From assembly GCF_009914755.1 (NCBI RefSeq), contig NC_060930.1: 64,000 nucleotides of DNA. One strand, 5' to 3'. Positions within the stretch are counted from its first letter, which is position 1. Each line of letters opens with the position of its first letter. Below the pieces are notes generated by a model. It was not told where the DNA came from, searched no databases, and worked only from the letters and a program-made list of their open reading frames with translations. This stretch comes from the human T2T-CHM13v2.0 reference genome, Homo sapiens. This document shows positions 18,201 through 31,900 of this stretch, piece after piece. The position numbers and the translations under genes were made by a program.

Positions 18201-19419
18201 GAGAGGTAAGGGGACTTGGTGAATCCCTAATAAGGGATGGGGCTGCCCCAGAGTCTATGTTCTCCTTTCTGCCACATTACCCCTCCCTTCACAGTGTAAA
18301 GGGATGGATAGGAGCAGGCTCTCTCCCTGGCCTCCACACAGGGAGGACGGAAAAGCATTAGAGTTGAGTTCCTGCCCTCTACAGCTCTGCGACTGGAGGA
18401 AAGTTAACTTAGATTAGCCCCCTCATCTGAACATACAAACTCTACTCACCTCACATGGCTTAGTGAGGACTAAATGCTTCCACATGTGAGTCACTCAACA
18501 CAGGTTCTCTCATGAAAGACCAGTACAAAATAAACTAGGGGGTGGGGGGCTGGAGAAGAAAAGTCCCTTTTCTTGAATTCTTTAAAGATCTCTCAGCCAT
18601 CTTTGCTTTCCTATCTCTTCCTCAATGATGTTCAGAGTTTGAGGATACTAAAAAGTCTTCACTTCCCAACCATGGGCCTGCTTATCTGAGGATCCCAGAG
18701 GGGCTTAGATTTGGGGAAAGCAAATTTGGCGGAAGTCATTGAGCAATATAGGGGAGGAGGGAGCAGTGATCTTATGAATCCCAGGACAGGAAGCCTAGTT
18801 CTGGGAGACGGGGAAAAAAACGCCTAGATAGGTACCGAAAAGAGGTTTCACTAAATGAAAAGAGGTACTTTTCCCCCCAAATTATTCCCTAACCACCTGA
18901 GCAGAAGAACAACCAAAACCTAAAACTTTTAATGACTTGAAACACTCTGAGGGGTGCTGGCAAGGACTGAGGGATCTTACCCAAAACCCTAAAGACAGAG
19001 GAATTAATTTCTCACCTGGAAGAAGCCACGTCCTGCCCTGTTCTGCTCTAGGATAAGGCTGAACCCTCCCAAGGTTAATAAAAAAGACAAGGAGAGTCAG
19101 CAAAGGATGGGTTACAGAGCCCTGGGACTACAGTAACAACTCATCGTTGGTGACACCGAGGTGACATGTTTAGTCAGTCGCACTATGAAGCAGGTGTCAC
19201 AGGGACACCTGATCTCTCAGCTCTTGGGATAGGGAGGGAAAATGTTTAAGAAAGAGGGTGGGTGCAAGGCAAGGCTGAAAGGTACTAAGACACCTCACTG
19301 GACCCAAAGTCCCAGTCCTCTGCTTACCCGAATTTCTGGCCAAGCTCAGGGCTAGAAGGGGTGGCGTGGCTGGGGGGCAGGGAGGTTCTGAAGCGGGACT
19401 CCCAGGAACCTCTCCCGCT

Positions 19420-19930
19420 GGGCTAGCGGGTGAGACCGGGCGGTCCATCTGGAGAACATCGCTCCACTGAGGAGTGCCAACGGGTCCCTCCCAGAAGCGG
19501 TCAAGCAGATAGGCCGGGAGCTACTGGGGGAAAAGGGCAGTGTGCCGGGGCCACTCCTGCCCCGGGAAGCTGTGGACGCAGGCGGGGTGGGCTCACCTCC
19601 GAGGCAGCTCGCGCGGACTCCCCGGGGCAGGGCTGGGTCACCGGAGCCCCTGAGCTGCAGCTCCGGGCGCTGGACCTCAGAAGCCGCCGCAGCATCCGGG
19701 ACAGTGGCCGCGCCGCCATGAAGCCTGATACGAGCGGAACCGCAGCCCGCTTCGGGAGCACACTGGCCGGGCACTCGCCCCCGGGGTCATCCCAGCAAGG
19801 GCGGGGAGGGGCAGGGGGAGGGCGGGACCCGCGCAGCCAATAGGCGAGGACGCAGTCCCGCGTGGCCTTGTGGGAGCTGTAGTACGCTCCCTGTGCCCAC
19901 TTTCCTGGGCCGGGGTAGCGCTCTAGGGCA
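19420..19930. promoter_or_regulatory. CpG-island promoter of MOCS1: GC boxes (19799-19806, 19820-19826), CCAAT (19837-19841), ACTACAnnTCCCA ZNF143/THAP11-type motif (19871-19883)
   Basis: High GC and CpG density around exon 1a; motifs read directly; no TATA box seen. Confidence 0.88.
19597..19719 (-). CDS. MOCS1: MOCS1 exon 1a coding part (41 aa MAARPLSRMLRRLLRSSARSCSSGAPVTQPCPGESARAASE; mitochondrial presequence-like)
   Basis: ATG at 19719-19717; donor GAG|GTGAGC after 19597; Arg/Ser/Leu-rich with no acidic residue in the first 33 aa. Confidence 0.96.
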
Positions 19931-22682
19931 GAAGGGTAAACTCAGGTAAGGAACGGGGTTCTTTTCCTTCCAGTTTTTCTGGCTGCTCTAGTCTCAGATT
20001 TAGGTCGTGGTGTGACAGTAGGCAGGACAGGACAAGGGCCAAACGAATGAGGCACTGCCTTGGATGCAAAATTTAAGAGGGTGCCAGGTAAACTGCGGTT
20101 ATCAAAGTAAGTAATTTTTTAATGTAATATTTCAAAAAATCGTAATAAATTTTCAGAAGTCCGTGAAATATCAACATTCTAAATAAAAAGATTTAGCCTA
20201 CACTTGCATGACTCACATCACTCAGTGCACCATAGTGCAGATTGTGGTTGTAAAACGGTCAGTTAGGTCTTTCAAGATACACTTCTCCAGTTGTGCCCCA
20301 AAAGGATATTAACAATCTTGCCTTCTCCACGAAAAAAAAAAAAAAAAAAAGAGTATATGAGAAGTCACAGAATGAGTGGACAACATTTTTGAAATGCTTC
20401 TTATACACCAAGCACCATGCTAAATGTTATTTAAAACAATCCTGGTATGAATAGAATGTCCTTTTTGCAACTGAGGACATTGAGGCTTAGAGAGACCAGG
20501 TAATTTTCTGGAAGTCACACAGCTGATAGTGGGTTTCAAACCCAGGGCAATCTGCTTTCTACAGTCATTCAGTCAAGATTCAGTATGTGTTAGGAATGGT
20601 GGGGTGTGCCTCTTCCTCTCTATAAAAAGCAGAGTGCTGTAGTCCTTTAAGATTTTGGATAACACACACAATAATGAGCTTATGTACTAAGAATAATTAT
20701 GCTCAAACCAGCCTGTTGTATCCAAAACCCTGTCCCTGTGGAATTGCAAGAATAAAACACCGGCTGGAACATACAGCTGCCAAGTGCATGCTTAGGAAGT
20801 GGGAATATAGCTCCTGATCTTGAAGAATTGACCGAATAGTGGGAGAGGAAAAAATAACTGAATATAACTGACTTTTACAAGTGCAGTGGGACTGTCAGAA
20901 AAGCTGAGATGATTTTAGCCTTAGATTCAATGTGAATTTCTCACAATGATACTCAAAATTCAGAAAATATATTGTAGGGGATGAAAGTGTATCTGGGGTG
21001 TGTTTGAAACTGATGAGACAAGTATGCCAGAGGTCTGTTTGCAAGGGGCCTGAAGACCAACTGAGGACTGTTCAAGCTCTGTCCACTGCTAAGTTTAGAT
21101 ATGTCTGGATTTATCAGGAAAACTGGGTATGGGGGAGAGAAGGATAAAAACTTTTTTTTTTTTTGTATGTATGAGGCTTGAAGAGCCTTCTAGAGAGGAC
21201 TCAACCTCAGGGAAGAAGCCATCTGACATATGAACTTGATCCAAGAATGTCACCAGCTCCTTGGAGCCTCTCTAGATTCCACCCTCTTCATACAAATTGT
21301 ATGTGATCATCCCTTCACTTGGGCTTTACTGTCATCTTTTATAGAACTTGGGTCTCCAAGGCAAGACCTAAGGCTTACTCAGTTCTGTTTGAAGGCTGAA
21401 ATCCTCTCCATATTATCATACATCTACTTGGACTCCTGTAGTGCTGGGAAACTTTCTGGCTTCCTGATGTTGTCTGGTCCACTTAAATGTTTCCCCACCT
21501 ATTAAAGTTCTTACTTGTATTCAGCAAAAAAGTGCCCCTTTCTGTCAACATATGGTGATTAAGTGTCATCAGGGCCGAATCCTCTGCTAATGGCTGGGAA
21601 TAAGGAAATACTTTCAAGGGCTCACAGCCTGCAGTAGGGCTCTGATGTGACAAGTCCATGGATTGATTTGGAGGGTTCTGTAGACCCCTGAACTTGAATG
21701 CATAATACTGTATTTTTTTTTCCTGGGGAATGGTGGCTTTTTGTCACATGCTCAAAGAGCCTCATGGAACATACTGTCCTAGAAATCTCTCTTTTGTGAT
21801 ACCCTCCTATTGGCCCTAGTTTTAGCCCCCTAGGCATATACATCCTCTCTTTGAGACTTTAACCCAAGTACTCTCTTAATGATAAACAGCAGCAGTTATT
21901 GCCAACCCTTGTACACAATGTCTTGTGAGCCACTGCACTATCTTCTCTAATACAATTTGGTTTGCCTAGGTCCTGGTGGCAGACTGTATTTGCAAGATGG
22001 CTGCAACAATATTTCCTGTCTCGTATGTTCTAGAGCTGTGTTGTCCAATAGAAACTTCTGCAATAATGGAGATATTCCATGTCCTGACATAGCTATTGAA
22101 CACATGAAATGTGGCTAGTGTGACTGAGAATTGAATTTCTAATTTTATTAAATTGTCATTAATTGAAGTGTAAACAGCCATGTGTGGCTACTGGCTACTG
22201 TATTATTCAGCCCTATGATAGAATTTTGCTTTCTCCAGAAGGGGTGGAATTAACTTTCCTTCCTTTGCATCTGGGTCAGTTTGTAACTTGTTTGTAACAG
22301 TGTGAAAGTGATACTGCATGGCTTTTGAGACTAGGTCAGAAAAATATGATGCAATTCCCACCTTACAATTTATCTCTAGTGATCTGTTCTCCAGCTGACA
22401 GGAAGATATGTTTCTCCTTATTCCCTACCCATTTTCTCCGCACTTGACTTTCATCTCCCAACTCCCCCTCAAAAAAAGATCCAGGATGTGATTTCCAGCC
22501 ATATGTCCATTGTCTCTTCTAATAGGAACCTCAAGTGTCCAGTCATCTGAATATTCATTCAAACCTATCCCCATTCTATCAGTAACTGTGGACTCTCCTT
22601 GCAATTTTAAGCATTTTAATGAAGCAATAAAGTTTCAAAAAATATTGTATCAATTATTCCTATCATTTCTCTTTTGAGGACC

Positions 22683-23220
22683 TTGTTCAGGATAGTCTTT
22701 ATTTGCCCCTCCAGATCCTTCTCCACCCTGCTCTGAGGACCAGGAGATTGACTTCTACCAACTGCATTGATGGCATCATCCAGGTGCCCTGACCTCTGGT
22801 TTCCAGGTGGATCTTGCCAATAGGGAGCATGGCAGGAGATCAGAGAGCAGGAGGAGAGAAAAGCTGGATTATCTATTCTTCCTGATCTCCCCCGTTTTGC
22901 TCTGGCTACAGCTGTAGTTGGTGTCATCTGGCCTCTCCGCCATGATTCCACCTCCCACTTAGTCCAGTAACACTATTTCTCACATTTGTTTCTTCACTTC
23001 AGACTGGGGTGGGATTGGCTTTCTTCTGCTGATTGTCCTTGGATGCCTCAGCATTCCTGTTGCCCCCTCAGCCCGCCCACCTTAACCTTGCCCACACCTC
23101 CAAAATAGTCTCTCTTAATGGTAAAGAGCAGCAGTTACTTTTTTATTAAAACTTCATTAAAATATCCCTTCAAAACTTTTAGCTGAGTATGCCGTTTCTT
23201 GCTGGTTCCCTGATACAGGA
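22683..23220 (+). mobile_element. LTR33-like ERVL LTR
   Basis: TGCCCCTCCAGATCC...CCACCCTGCTCTG...GGCAGGAGATCAGAG; related copies at ~27716 and ~30195. Confidence 0.6.
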
Positions 23221-23445
23221 TTCGTGGACTCCTCCCTTCCATAGTACCCTTTGTTAATAGTGGCAATTACAACAGAGTGACATTGTTTATTTATATGCCT
23301 TCTGCACTATAAACCCTCTGAGGGCTGTTGCCAAATCTAAATCATCTGTAATCATACCACCTAGCATGGTATTTAATGCACAATAGGCTCACAATAAGTA
23401 CATTAAATGGCAGATTCCATATCCTTGATTTGCCTGTAAGATGGC

Positions 23446-23843
23446 TGTTATGATTTGGATATGGTTTTTCTGTCTCCACCAAATCTCATGTTGAAATTTG
23501 ATCCCCAGTGTGGCAGTGGTGGAAGGTGTGGGTCATGGGGGTAGATCCCTCATGAATGGCTTGGTGCTGTTCTCATGCTAGTGAGCAAGTTCCCAGGGGA
23601 AGGGATTAGTTCCCATGAAAGTGTGTTGTTATAAAGCCAGGACACTTGTCCAGTTTGGCCCTTTTGTACTGATGCTAGCTTCCCCTTTGATCTTCTCCAC
23701 CATATCTTGACATAGCACAAAAGCTTTCACCAGAGGCTGAGCAGATGCTAATGTCATGCTTCTTGTAATGAGATAAATAAACCTCTTATCAATTGCCCAG
23801 CCCCAGGTATTCCTTCTATAGAAGTACAAAACAGACTAAGACA
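23446..23843 (+). mobile_element. MST-family MaLR LTR
   Basis: TGTTATGATTTGGATATG...CAGACTAAGACA. Confidence 0.8.
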
Positions 23844-23958
23844 GCTGTGTCAGTCAGCCTGGGCTAGATTGTACTGTTGTAACAAATAACTCTAATATCT
23901 CAAAGGCTGAAAATCACAAGTGTTTATTCTCTCATTTGGGCTACATGTCCAGGAAAGG

Positions 23959-24351
23959 TGTATTTGTCTGCTTTACATTGCTGTAAAGGAATAATGGAGA
24001 CTAGGTAATTTATAAAGAAAATAGGTTCATTTGGCTTATGGTTCTGTGGGTGTATAAGAAGCATGGTACCAGCGTCTGTTTCTGGTGAGGGCTTCAGGAA
24101 GCTTCCAATTATGGTAGAAGGCAGAGGGAAGCAGGCATGACATGGGGAGAGGAGGGAAGTCACATTAAACAACGAGCTCTTGCATAAGCTAATGCAGTAA
24201 AAACTCACTTGTCACCTAGGGGATAACACCAACCTATTCCTGAGGGATTTGTTCCCTTAGCCCAAACACCTCCCACCAGGCACCACCCTCCAACACTGGG
24301 GATCAAATTTCAACATGAGATCTGTAGAGGACAAACATCCAAACTATATCC
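23959..24351 (-). mobile_element. MST-family MaLR LTR inside an older MLT1-like LTR (~23846-24620)
   Basis: TGTATTTGTCTGCTTTACATTGCTG...CATCCAAACTATATC. Confidence 0.78.
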
Positions 24352-24927
24352 AAGAGTTAGCTGTGAACTTTGTTTCTGGTCAGTGTTGCCCTCACTCTGG
24401 GTCCCGGCCTGATAGGGCAGCGAATATCCACATAGAACATTGGTGGTTACCAAGAGGGAAAAAGAGTGTGGCAAACAGCAAACTGGCTCTTACAGCTTCT
24501 TCCTGGAAGTGTCACACATCACTCTGCTTTAAGCAAGTCACATGGCTGTATCTAATTTCAAAGGGAAGAGCAGCTTAGTCCTCTCTCAGAGAGGGAACGC
24601 ACATGCTGGCGAACAGTAAAATAACCTTACTCCAGGAACAAACTTCCCCTTGCTCTCTTATGTATCATCCAGTTTTTCCATTCAACTCTTCCACTTCTTT
24701 GCACCTATCACTCCCCTTGCATACTGAAACCAGCCATGGCAGCCTTATGCATCTGCATGTATCATGCATACCCTCAGAGCCATGAGGTGCTGACTAGGAG
24801 TCTCTTGTTTAGATTCTGTCATCAGCAAAACTAAGAGAAGAGTTTGTAATACCTCTTTAATTCGATTGTTTTCAAAGTGTGGATTTCAGAGGTCAACACT
24901 AGTTTCATAGTAATATTAAGAAATCGT

Positions 24928-25207
24928 GCCAGGCGCGGTGGCTCCTGCCTGTAATCCCAGCACTTTGGGAGGCCAAGGCGGGCGGATCACAAGGTCAGCA
25001 GATCGAGACCATCCTGGCTAACACGGTGAAACCCCGTCTCTACTAAAAATACAAAAAATTAGCCGGGTGTGGTGGCGGGCGCCTGTAGTCCCAGCTACTC
25101 AGGAGGCTGAGGCAGGAGAATGGCGTGAACTCGGGAGGCGGAGCTTGCAATGAGACGAGATCACACCACTGCACTCCAGCCTGGGCAACAGTGCGAGACT
25201 CCGTCTC

Positions 25208-25236
<29 letters not shown>
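24928..25236 (+). mobile_element. AluY, CpG-rich, long A tail
   Basis: AluY diagnostics; TSD AAGAAATCGT (24918-24927, 25235-25244); sits inside a Charlie-like hAT remnant. Confidence 0.95.
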
Positions 25237-25238
<2 letters not shown>

Positions 25239-25858
25239 AATCGTCTTTTCCACTCTCATGCTCCTATGACCATATAGGAGTTTTCTATGTGTGATTTCAC
25301 AGATTGAACGCAGAAGCAGATATGAGAATCCAGTTGCCTTCTACTAAGCCAGACATGAAAGCAAGTTGCCAAAATGTAGCACAATGCCACTTTTTTTCCC
25401 CTGTTTTTGTTTTGGAAATTATTGTTGTTTTCATAAAGCATTATGTTAACATGTAATAGGTATTATGGACATTATTATTTTTCAGTGAGTTAAATGTTTT
25501 CAGATTTTCTGAGTTTGAATTTCTAATATCATAACTATAAATCAAATAAATTGATATAGTAAATAGAAATTAAATATTTCAAAAGATCTGTTGTACGACA
25601 TGGTGACTGTGGTTGATAACAATATATCGTATCTTGAAAATTGCTAAGAGATTTTAAGTGTTCTCGCCACACAAAAAAGTGAGGAAATGCAAGTGTTAAT
25701 GTTAATTAGCTCAATTTAGCCATTTCATAATGAATGTTTCAAAACATTGTATATGATATATATTATTTCTGTCAATTTAAATAAGTTAAAAATAGGTATT
25801 AAGTAGATATAACACAAATAAACAAATAAGCTCTTTTGGGATGTTTGATACTTCAGAG

Positions 25859-26202
25859 CAGTGGTCCACAACCCTTTTGGCACCAGGGACCAGTTTCATG
25901 GAAGACAATTTTTCCATGGGGGCAGTGGTGGGGGAATGGTTTCAGGATGGAACTGTTCCACCTGAGATCATCAAGCATTAGGTTCTCAGAAGAAACACGC
26001 AACCCAGATCGATCCCTTGCAGGCGCAGTTCACAATAGGGTTTGAGCTCCTCTGAGAATCTAATGCTGCTGCTGATCTGACAGGAGGCAGAGCTCAGGAG
26101 GTCATGCTCGCTTGCTTGCTACTCAACCTTCTGCTGCGTGGCTCAGTTCCTAACAAGCTACAGACCAGTACCAGTCCAACGCCTGGGGGTTTGGGACCCC
26201 TG
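25859..26202 (+). mobile_element. MER1B (hAT-Charlie)
   Basis: CAGTGGTCCACAACC...TTGGGACCCCTG TIRs; 8-bp TSD cttcagag/ctttagag. Confidence 0.85.
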
Positions 26203-27097
26203 CTTTAGAGTATAAAGAGTTCCTGAGACAAACAATTTGAGAATTGCTGCCTTAATACACAACCTTTCATCCTCTAGAGACCTAGAGACATCCTAATTAT
26301 TCTCTATAACTGCTGTGTCCACATCACCCTCCCCAAGCCATTGAGAAGAATATAGAATAAACTCTTACCTATCCCTCATTTCCCTGAGCTCCTGGAGTGG
26401 GCTGTTTTCCTATGGAGTTGATGATGAGATTGGTTTGAGGGTCCTCATCCTGAGGTTCGATAGGAGCCCTACACTGGGAATCAGCTCCACGTTTCACATC
26501 CAACCTCTGCCATAGAGTCACTTTCTCTCTACTAGTTTAGGCTCCTCATTGACTGGAAATAAAAAACTGGTCTTCAGCTTTGTTGTGAGACTTGAGTCAT
26601 GGAATGCTTAAGCAAGTGCTCTGTTGTTTTTATGATATTGTTTTAGGGCAAGGAGGGCCTTACTCATGTTACCGAAACCATCCTTTCTCACATGAACGAG
26701 ATTAAAGAGATTAGCTCTTTTGGATGTATTGAGCCTACAGAAAAGCTCTTATTAGAATTAGGTAACCCCCGTAAGGGATGGCGGGTTCATTATAAACCAT
26801 GTATATAACTCAGCTCAAAATAGTTTAACTGTTTTCCAAGAGTAGGTAGCCAAGAGCAATAATGGGAAGTAGGGTAGGTATGATAATGAGTTAGGAAAAA
26901 ATAAGGCACAGGGATTGCCAAGAAGGATGGGCCCCAACTCTCAGGGAGTCCTGAGACCCTTGGTGTGTGGGAGAACAGGAGGGGCTTGGAGGACACTGAG
27001 AACTTTCTTCTGAGGTATTCCCAGGTCTTTTGCAGGCCAGACCGTCACCCCTGTTATGAAATCATCCTGAACTGTTTTCTCCTACTGATCTTCTTAG

Positions 27098-27625
27098 TGT
27101 ATGGTGGTTTTAAACAGGTCCATAAATTCTTAAATATTCTTCACTTTAAAAGGTGGAGCCTAGTTCCCCTCCCCTTAAATGTGGGCTGAACTTATGAACT
27201 CTAGCAAATCAAATGTGGCAGAAGTGATGGTGTTAGGCTCCTGAGGGTAGTCAGTAAAAGACCACGTGGTTTCCTCCTTGCTCCCTCTGGGAGAAGCCAG
27301 CGGCCATGCTGTGAGCAGTTCTCTGGAGATGCCCATTTGACGAAGACTGAACCTCCTGCCAACAGCCAGTTAGGAACGAAGGCCTCCAGCCAACAGCCAT
27401 GTATGGGAACCATTTTGGATAGGACTCCTCCAGACCTAGTCACAGCTTCATGTACCTGCAGCCCTTGCTGAGATCTTCACTGCAGTCTCACAAGATATCC
27501 TGAACCAGAAACATCCAGCCAAGCCACTCCCAGGCTCCTGCCCCTTAGAAACTGGGTGAGATAAATACTGGTTGTTCTTAGCTGTTACATTTTGGAGTAA
27601 CTTGTTACACAGCAATAGAAAATTT
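27098..27625 (+). mobile_element. MLT1-family MaLR LTR
   Basis: Typical MLT1 body and 3' end (...TTGTTACACAGCAATAG). Confidence 0.7.
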
Positions 27626-27715
27626 AAAAGTTGTGTGTGAATTCCTACAGTGAGTTGCTGTTTAACTATATTGCCTGTTGCCATCACAGGAAAGAGATGC
27701 TGTTTATGTCTGTAA

Positions 27716-27965
27716 CTGTATTGGTGGCGTTCTGGGCCATTTGTTCTCCATGTGCCCCACCCTTCCCTGGGATCCATTCTCCACCTGTCTTTGCCCCCTG
27801 TTCTCTGCCCCAAGAGGTTGATCCCATGGACCCCCTTGCCTTCAGGCTTCTGTTTGGAGTCCATTCACGGAAGATACTGGGAGGGGAGCAGAGGACAGCA
27901 TGGGAGAGAGATCTGGGCATGGGCACCTCCTCCCCGCCAACTCTGCATTCTTTTCTACCAGCCGA
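27716..27965 (+). mobile_element. LTR33-like fragment
   Basis: Similar to the elements at 22683 and 30195. Confidence 0.5.
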
Positions 27966-28980
27966 GGGAGGCAAGAGATGACTTTACACCTGACTTTGTT
28001 CTACTCACACCTACAGAGTTAGAGTTCACTGTGTTAAGGCCCATGCATTTAGAAGAAAAGCAACTCACGCGTGGCTCTACCTTTGAACTAGAAAATAACC
28101 TTTAATTCCCCTAAGACAATCAAATCCACTAAACTCAGGCCTAATTCCTCTGCAAGCAAGGTCAAGTTGTACTGTCTGGATTATGCAGTGGCTGTTTGTT
28201 AAATTGAGTTGGGGTAATTATCGGGGTGGAGAGATAAAACAAGAAGTATCAAAGGCTGACATTTTTGGAAACACCTCAGAAGTCCTCACGCTCATGAGAC
28301 TTGGCCCAGCTGAGAATGCCACCTGACATGTTCCCTCCTGGGACAAGTCAGTGAAGGGCAAGCCTCTGTAAGTAAGGCAGGTGATGGCTTGGAAAGAGCC
28401 CTGGCTCAGCAGTGGGGGCGATCTGATTTGTGCCAGTCCTCAACTTGGCACAAATTCCCTGCTTAACCTTGGGCCAATTATTTCATCTCTCTGGTTTCAT
28501 CATATGTCAGAGGGGAAACTGCCTGTCTTATCTACTTCACAGGGTGGTGGTTGTGAGAAATCAATTAGAGAGGATTTTACTATATTATTAAAATATAAGA
28601 TGAAGCACAAAGAGGTGAAGTAACCAGCCCAGTGATGCATAGCTAATAAGGGGTGAAGCTGAGAACCGGGGGGTTAACATGTCCGGCTCGCAAATCCACA
28701 CTCTGAAGCCCTATCCTTTCTGTGTTCTTGACCCTGACCACACCCCTGCAAACAGTCCCTTTAGTACATTCTGAGTGTCCCTTTGGCTTCCCCTTTCTTT
28801 CCTGCTGCAATCTTATGCTATACTTGATTGTCTTCCACGATCTCTTAATATTCAAAAGGGGCAGAGGAAAACTTAAAAAACTAAGCTTGAGTTAAAAAGA
28901 ACTTTACATGTTGTAAAGTTCAATTTATAAAGCCACATTCTAAGTAGAGAAAGTCTATCAATCATAAATGTAAAACATAA

Positions 28981-29300
<320 letters not shown>

Positions 29301-29311
29301 GCCCGACCCTG

Positions 29312-29582
29312 TTTTTTTTTTTTTTTTTTTTTTTTTGAGACAGAGTTTCGCCCTTGTCAGCCCAGGCTTGAGTGCAACGTCACAACCTCGGCTTGCTGAA
29401 ACCTCCACCTCTTGTGTTCAAGTGATTCTCCTGCCTCAGCCTCCCGGTGGCTCATGCCTGTAATCCCAGCACTTTGGGAGGCCAAGTTGGGTGCATCACT
29501 TGAGGTCAGGGGTTCAAGACCAGTCTGGCCAACATGGTGAAACCCTGTCTCTACTAATACAAAAATTAGCCAGGCATGGTGG
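29312..29582 (-). mobile_element. Alu with inverted 5' half (3' part 29312-29446 on minus; 5' part 29445-29582 on plus)
   Basis: Orientation switch at ...CTCCCG|GTGGCTCATG...; the two parts cover non-overlapping portions of the Alu consensus. Confidence 0.88.
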
Positions 29583-30194
29583 TCCCTATCCCTTTTCTAA
29601 AGAATATTATGGAGTTGATGTGAATCAGAACATAAGTTCAAAGTCTCTTTTCTGAAGGCTGAGGGGCCAGATAGATTTTGGACTTTAGGAGTGTTTGGGG
29701 TTTGAAATGTCATAAACTGTACATTATATACATTTTGTATGTATATGTAAAAGCATATGAATATAGAACATAAGACAGGGGCTAGGAAAGCCCCCAGTAA
29801 CCAAGCAATTTTTCTGCAAGAAAATATTCACACGAAATAGGGTAATAAATAGTTCACATCACACGGCCATGTTTTGTTGACAGATGAAGTATGGAAAAAT
29901 TTTCAGTGTACAGAAGTAGTTTAATTTTGGAATTACACTTAAGGGATAATAGACTTGAGGTAATATAGAATTGGGCCAAGGGTAATCAAGATAAACTGTT
30001 TCATTACTGAGAAGATTACACACTTTCCTTTTCTAGTTCTAGTTACCTCTCCAGGAAGGAGAACCACATTTTACAGCTTTGTTCCCTCCTCAAGTCAATT
30101 GAAGTTTGGTAGATTGGAACAGTCCCTACTAGCCACATCAAGCCATGAAACACTGATCCTAAGAAAGTAATGAGAGATTTTGCTTTTGACATGG

Positions 30195-30670
30195 GGATGT
30201 CTTCCATTTGCACCACCAGGCCTCCCCTCCATCTTCTGCACCTTGCTCTGGCCTCAGAAGGCTGACCTGCAGGGATGACCCTCCCCATCTGGTTCTGATG
30301 GGGCCTGTCCAGTGGGGAGCCCTGGCAGGAGACTAGAGAGAGGGAGAAGAGTTTGTGAGGGTACCAGGCCCTTGGCTGCTTCCCTTGGTGGCTGCCTTGG
30401 GACAGCTGTGTCCCTCAACTGCAGTTATAGCTTCTGTGGGTGATCCTCCCCATGTAGTTCTCTCTCTTCCTCATGATTCTTCAGGCCTAGGAGTGGGACA
30501 CCCTCCACCACTCCCCTCAATACACACCCAAACCCACACCACTAGCTCCAGAATACCACACTTTCTCCTGAGGTTTCCTTGCACCCAGCCCAGACCTTTA
30601 TAAATATTACTTTATTAAACTCCCAATTAAAAAAATAAACTCCAAACTTGAGTGTGGTCCTGACAGGACA
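30195..30670 (+). mobile_element. LTR33-like ERVL LTR
   Basis: Similar to the element at 22683. Confidence 0.55.
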
Positions 30671-31563
30671 TTGATTGGTACAAAAGCCAAGATCAATTAA
30701 AAAGTAATAAGAGTTGGACCAATCTGTGCCTATGATTAAGTTTATTTAAATATTGCTTCCAAGTGGTAATTTAGTAGACAGTTAATATGGAAATAGTATT
30801 TTATAAAATCATTTATTAAAGAGTATTTTATGGAAAAATTATAAACTCAACTTTGTGAGTGTGAATAAACTTATTCCCTGTGTGGTCTGTTTTAAATCCT
30901 TTCTAGAACAAGGTCAAATACAGGCATGGTGCACAGTGAGCTTGGGGGCTTGCTGCCATGACTCTAGAAAACATCTGGGCAACTGACTCTTGGTCTGTGT
31001 CAACAGCTCTGAGTGCTAGAAAGTTGCATTGGACCAGGCTGTACTATCAGAGCATGGGGGTGGTATCCTACCTGTGCAGAGCCTCCCAGCAATTATACCA
31101 TACACTTGAACACCCTAAGCAAGATAAGACATGCCTAGCCCAGGGGAGGAGTTCTGCAGCACATACATAGGTTACAGGAATACAAAGACTGGCCCGGCCT
31201 GATGTGTATAAGGTGGGGCCATGGAAGGGAATGACTTGTGCTTTCAGAAGCCTTAAGAGGCCTCTGACTCCTGGTGAAGCCATGTGGACCAGGGAGCCCA
31301 CAGACCTCTCAAGATGGAAGGGGAGTATAGTCCAGTGGTTATGAGCATGGGCTCTGGAGCCAGGATGCCTGGGGTTAGATCCTGTCTCTAGCACTTACCA
31401 GCTGTGTGACCTTAGCAAGTCATGTCCCCTAGTGCCTCAGTTTCTTTATAATTGGAAGGGGACAATAGTATCAACTTTCTATGGGTACATGAAGGTCAGA
31501 TAAGTCAGTGTTTAGTCTCAGAGCTATGCCTGACATATTGGAATGCTTAGTATTGTCACCTAC

Positions 31564-31900
31564 TGCTATGGTGGGAATGTTTGTGTTTCCTCAAATTTCG
31601 TATGTTGAAATGAAATCCCCAGTTCAAAGGTAGAGGGGAGGCATCTGGAAAAGGACTGAGTCATGAAGCCTCCTCTCTTATGAACAGGATTAGCTCTTTA
31701 TAAAAGAGGATGGAGATGCCCTTTTGCTCTTCCATCATTTGAGCTATGAGGAACAGGCTCTCAGACACCGGATCTAGTGGCAGCTTGATCTTGGGCATCT
31801 TAGCCTTCAGAATTGTGAGCCATAACCTTCTATTGTTTATAAATTACCCATTCTAAGGGTTTGTTTGTTTGTTTTTAAATAGCAGCCTGAATGCACCAAG
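31564..31900 (+). mobile_element. MLT1A-like MaLR LTR
   Basis: TGCTATGGTGGGAATGTTTGTG...ATAGCAGCCTGAATG. Confidence 0.75.

Noticed and set aside
19352-19843. Overlapping 137-140 aa ORFs in the CpG island
   Set aside because: Expected from high GC content; non-ATG starts and no recognisable homology.
20333-20350. Isolated poly-A run
   Set aside because: No attached element or clear TSD; simple mononucleotide repeat.
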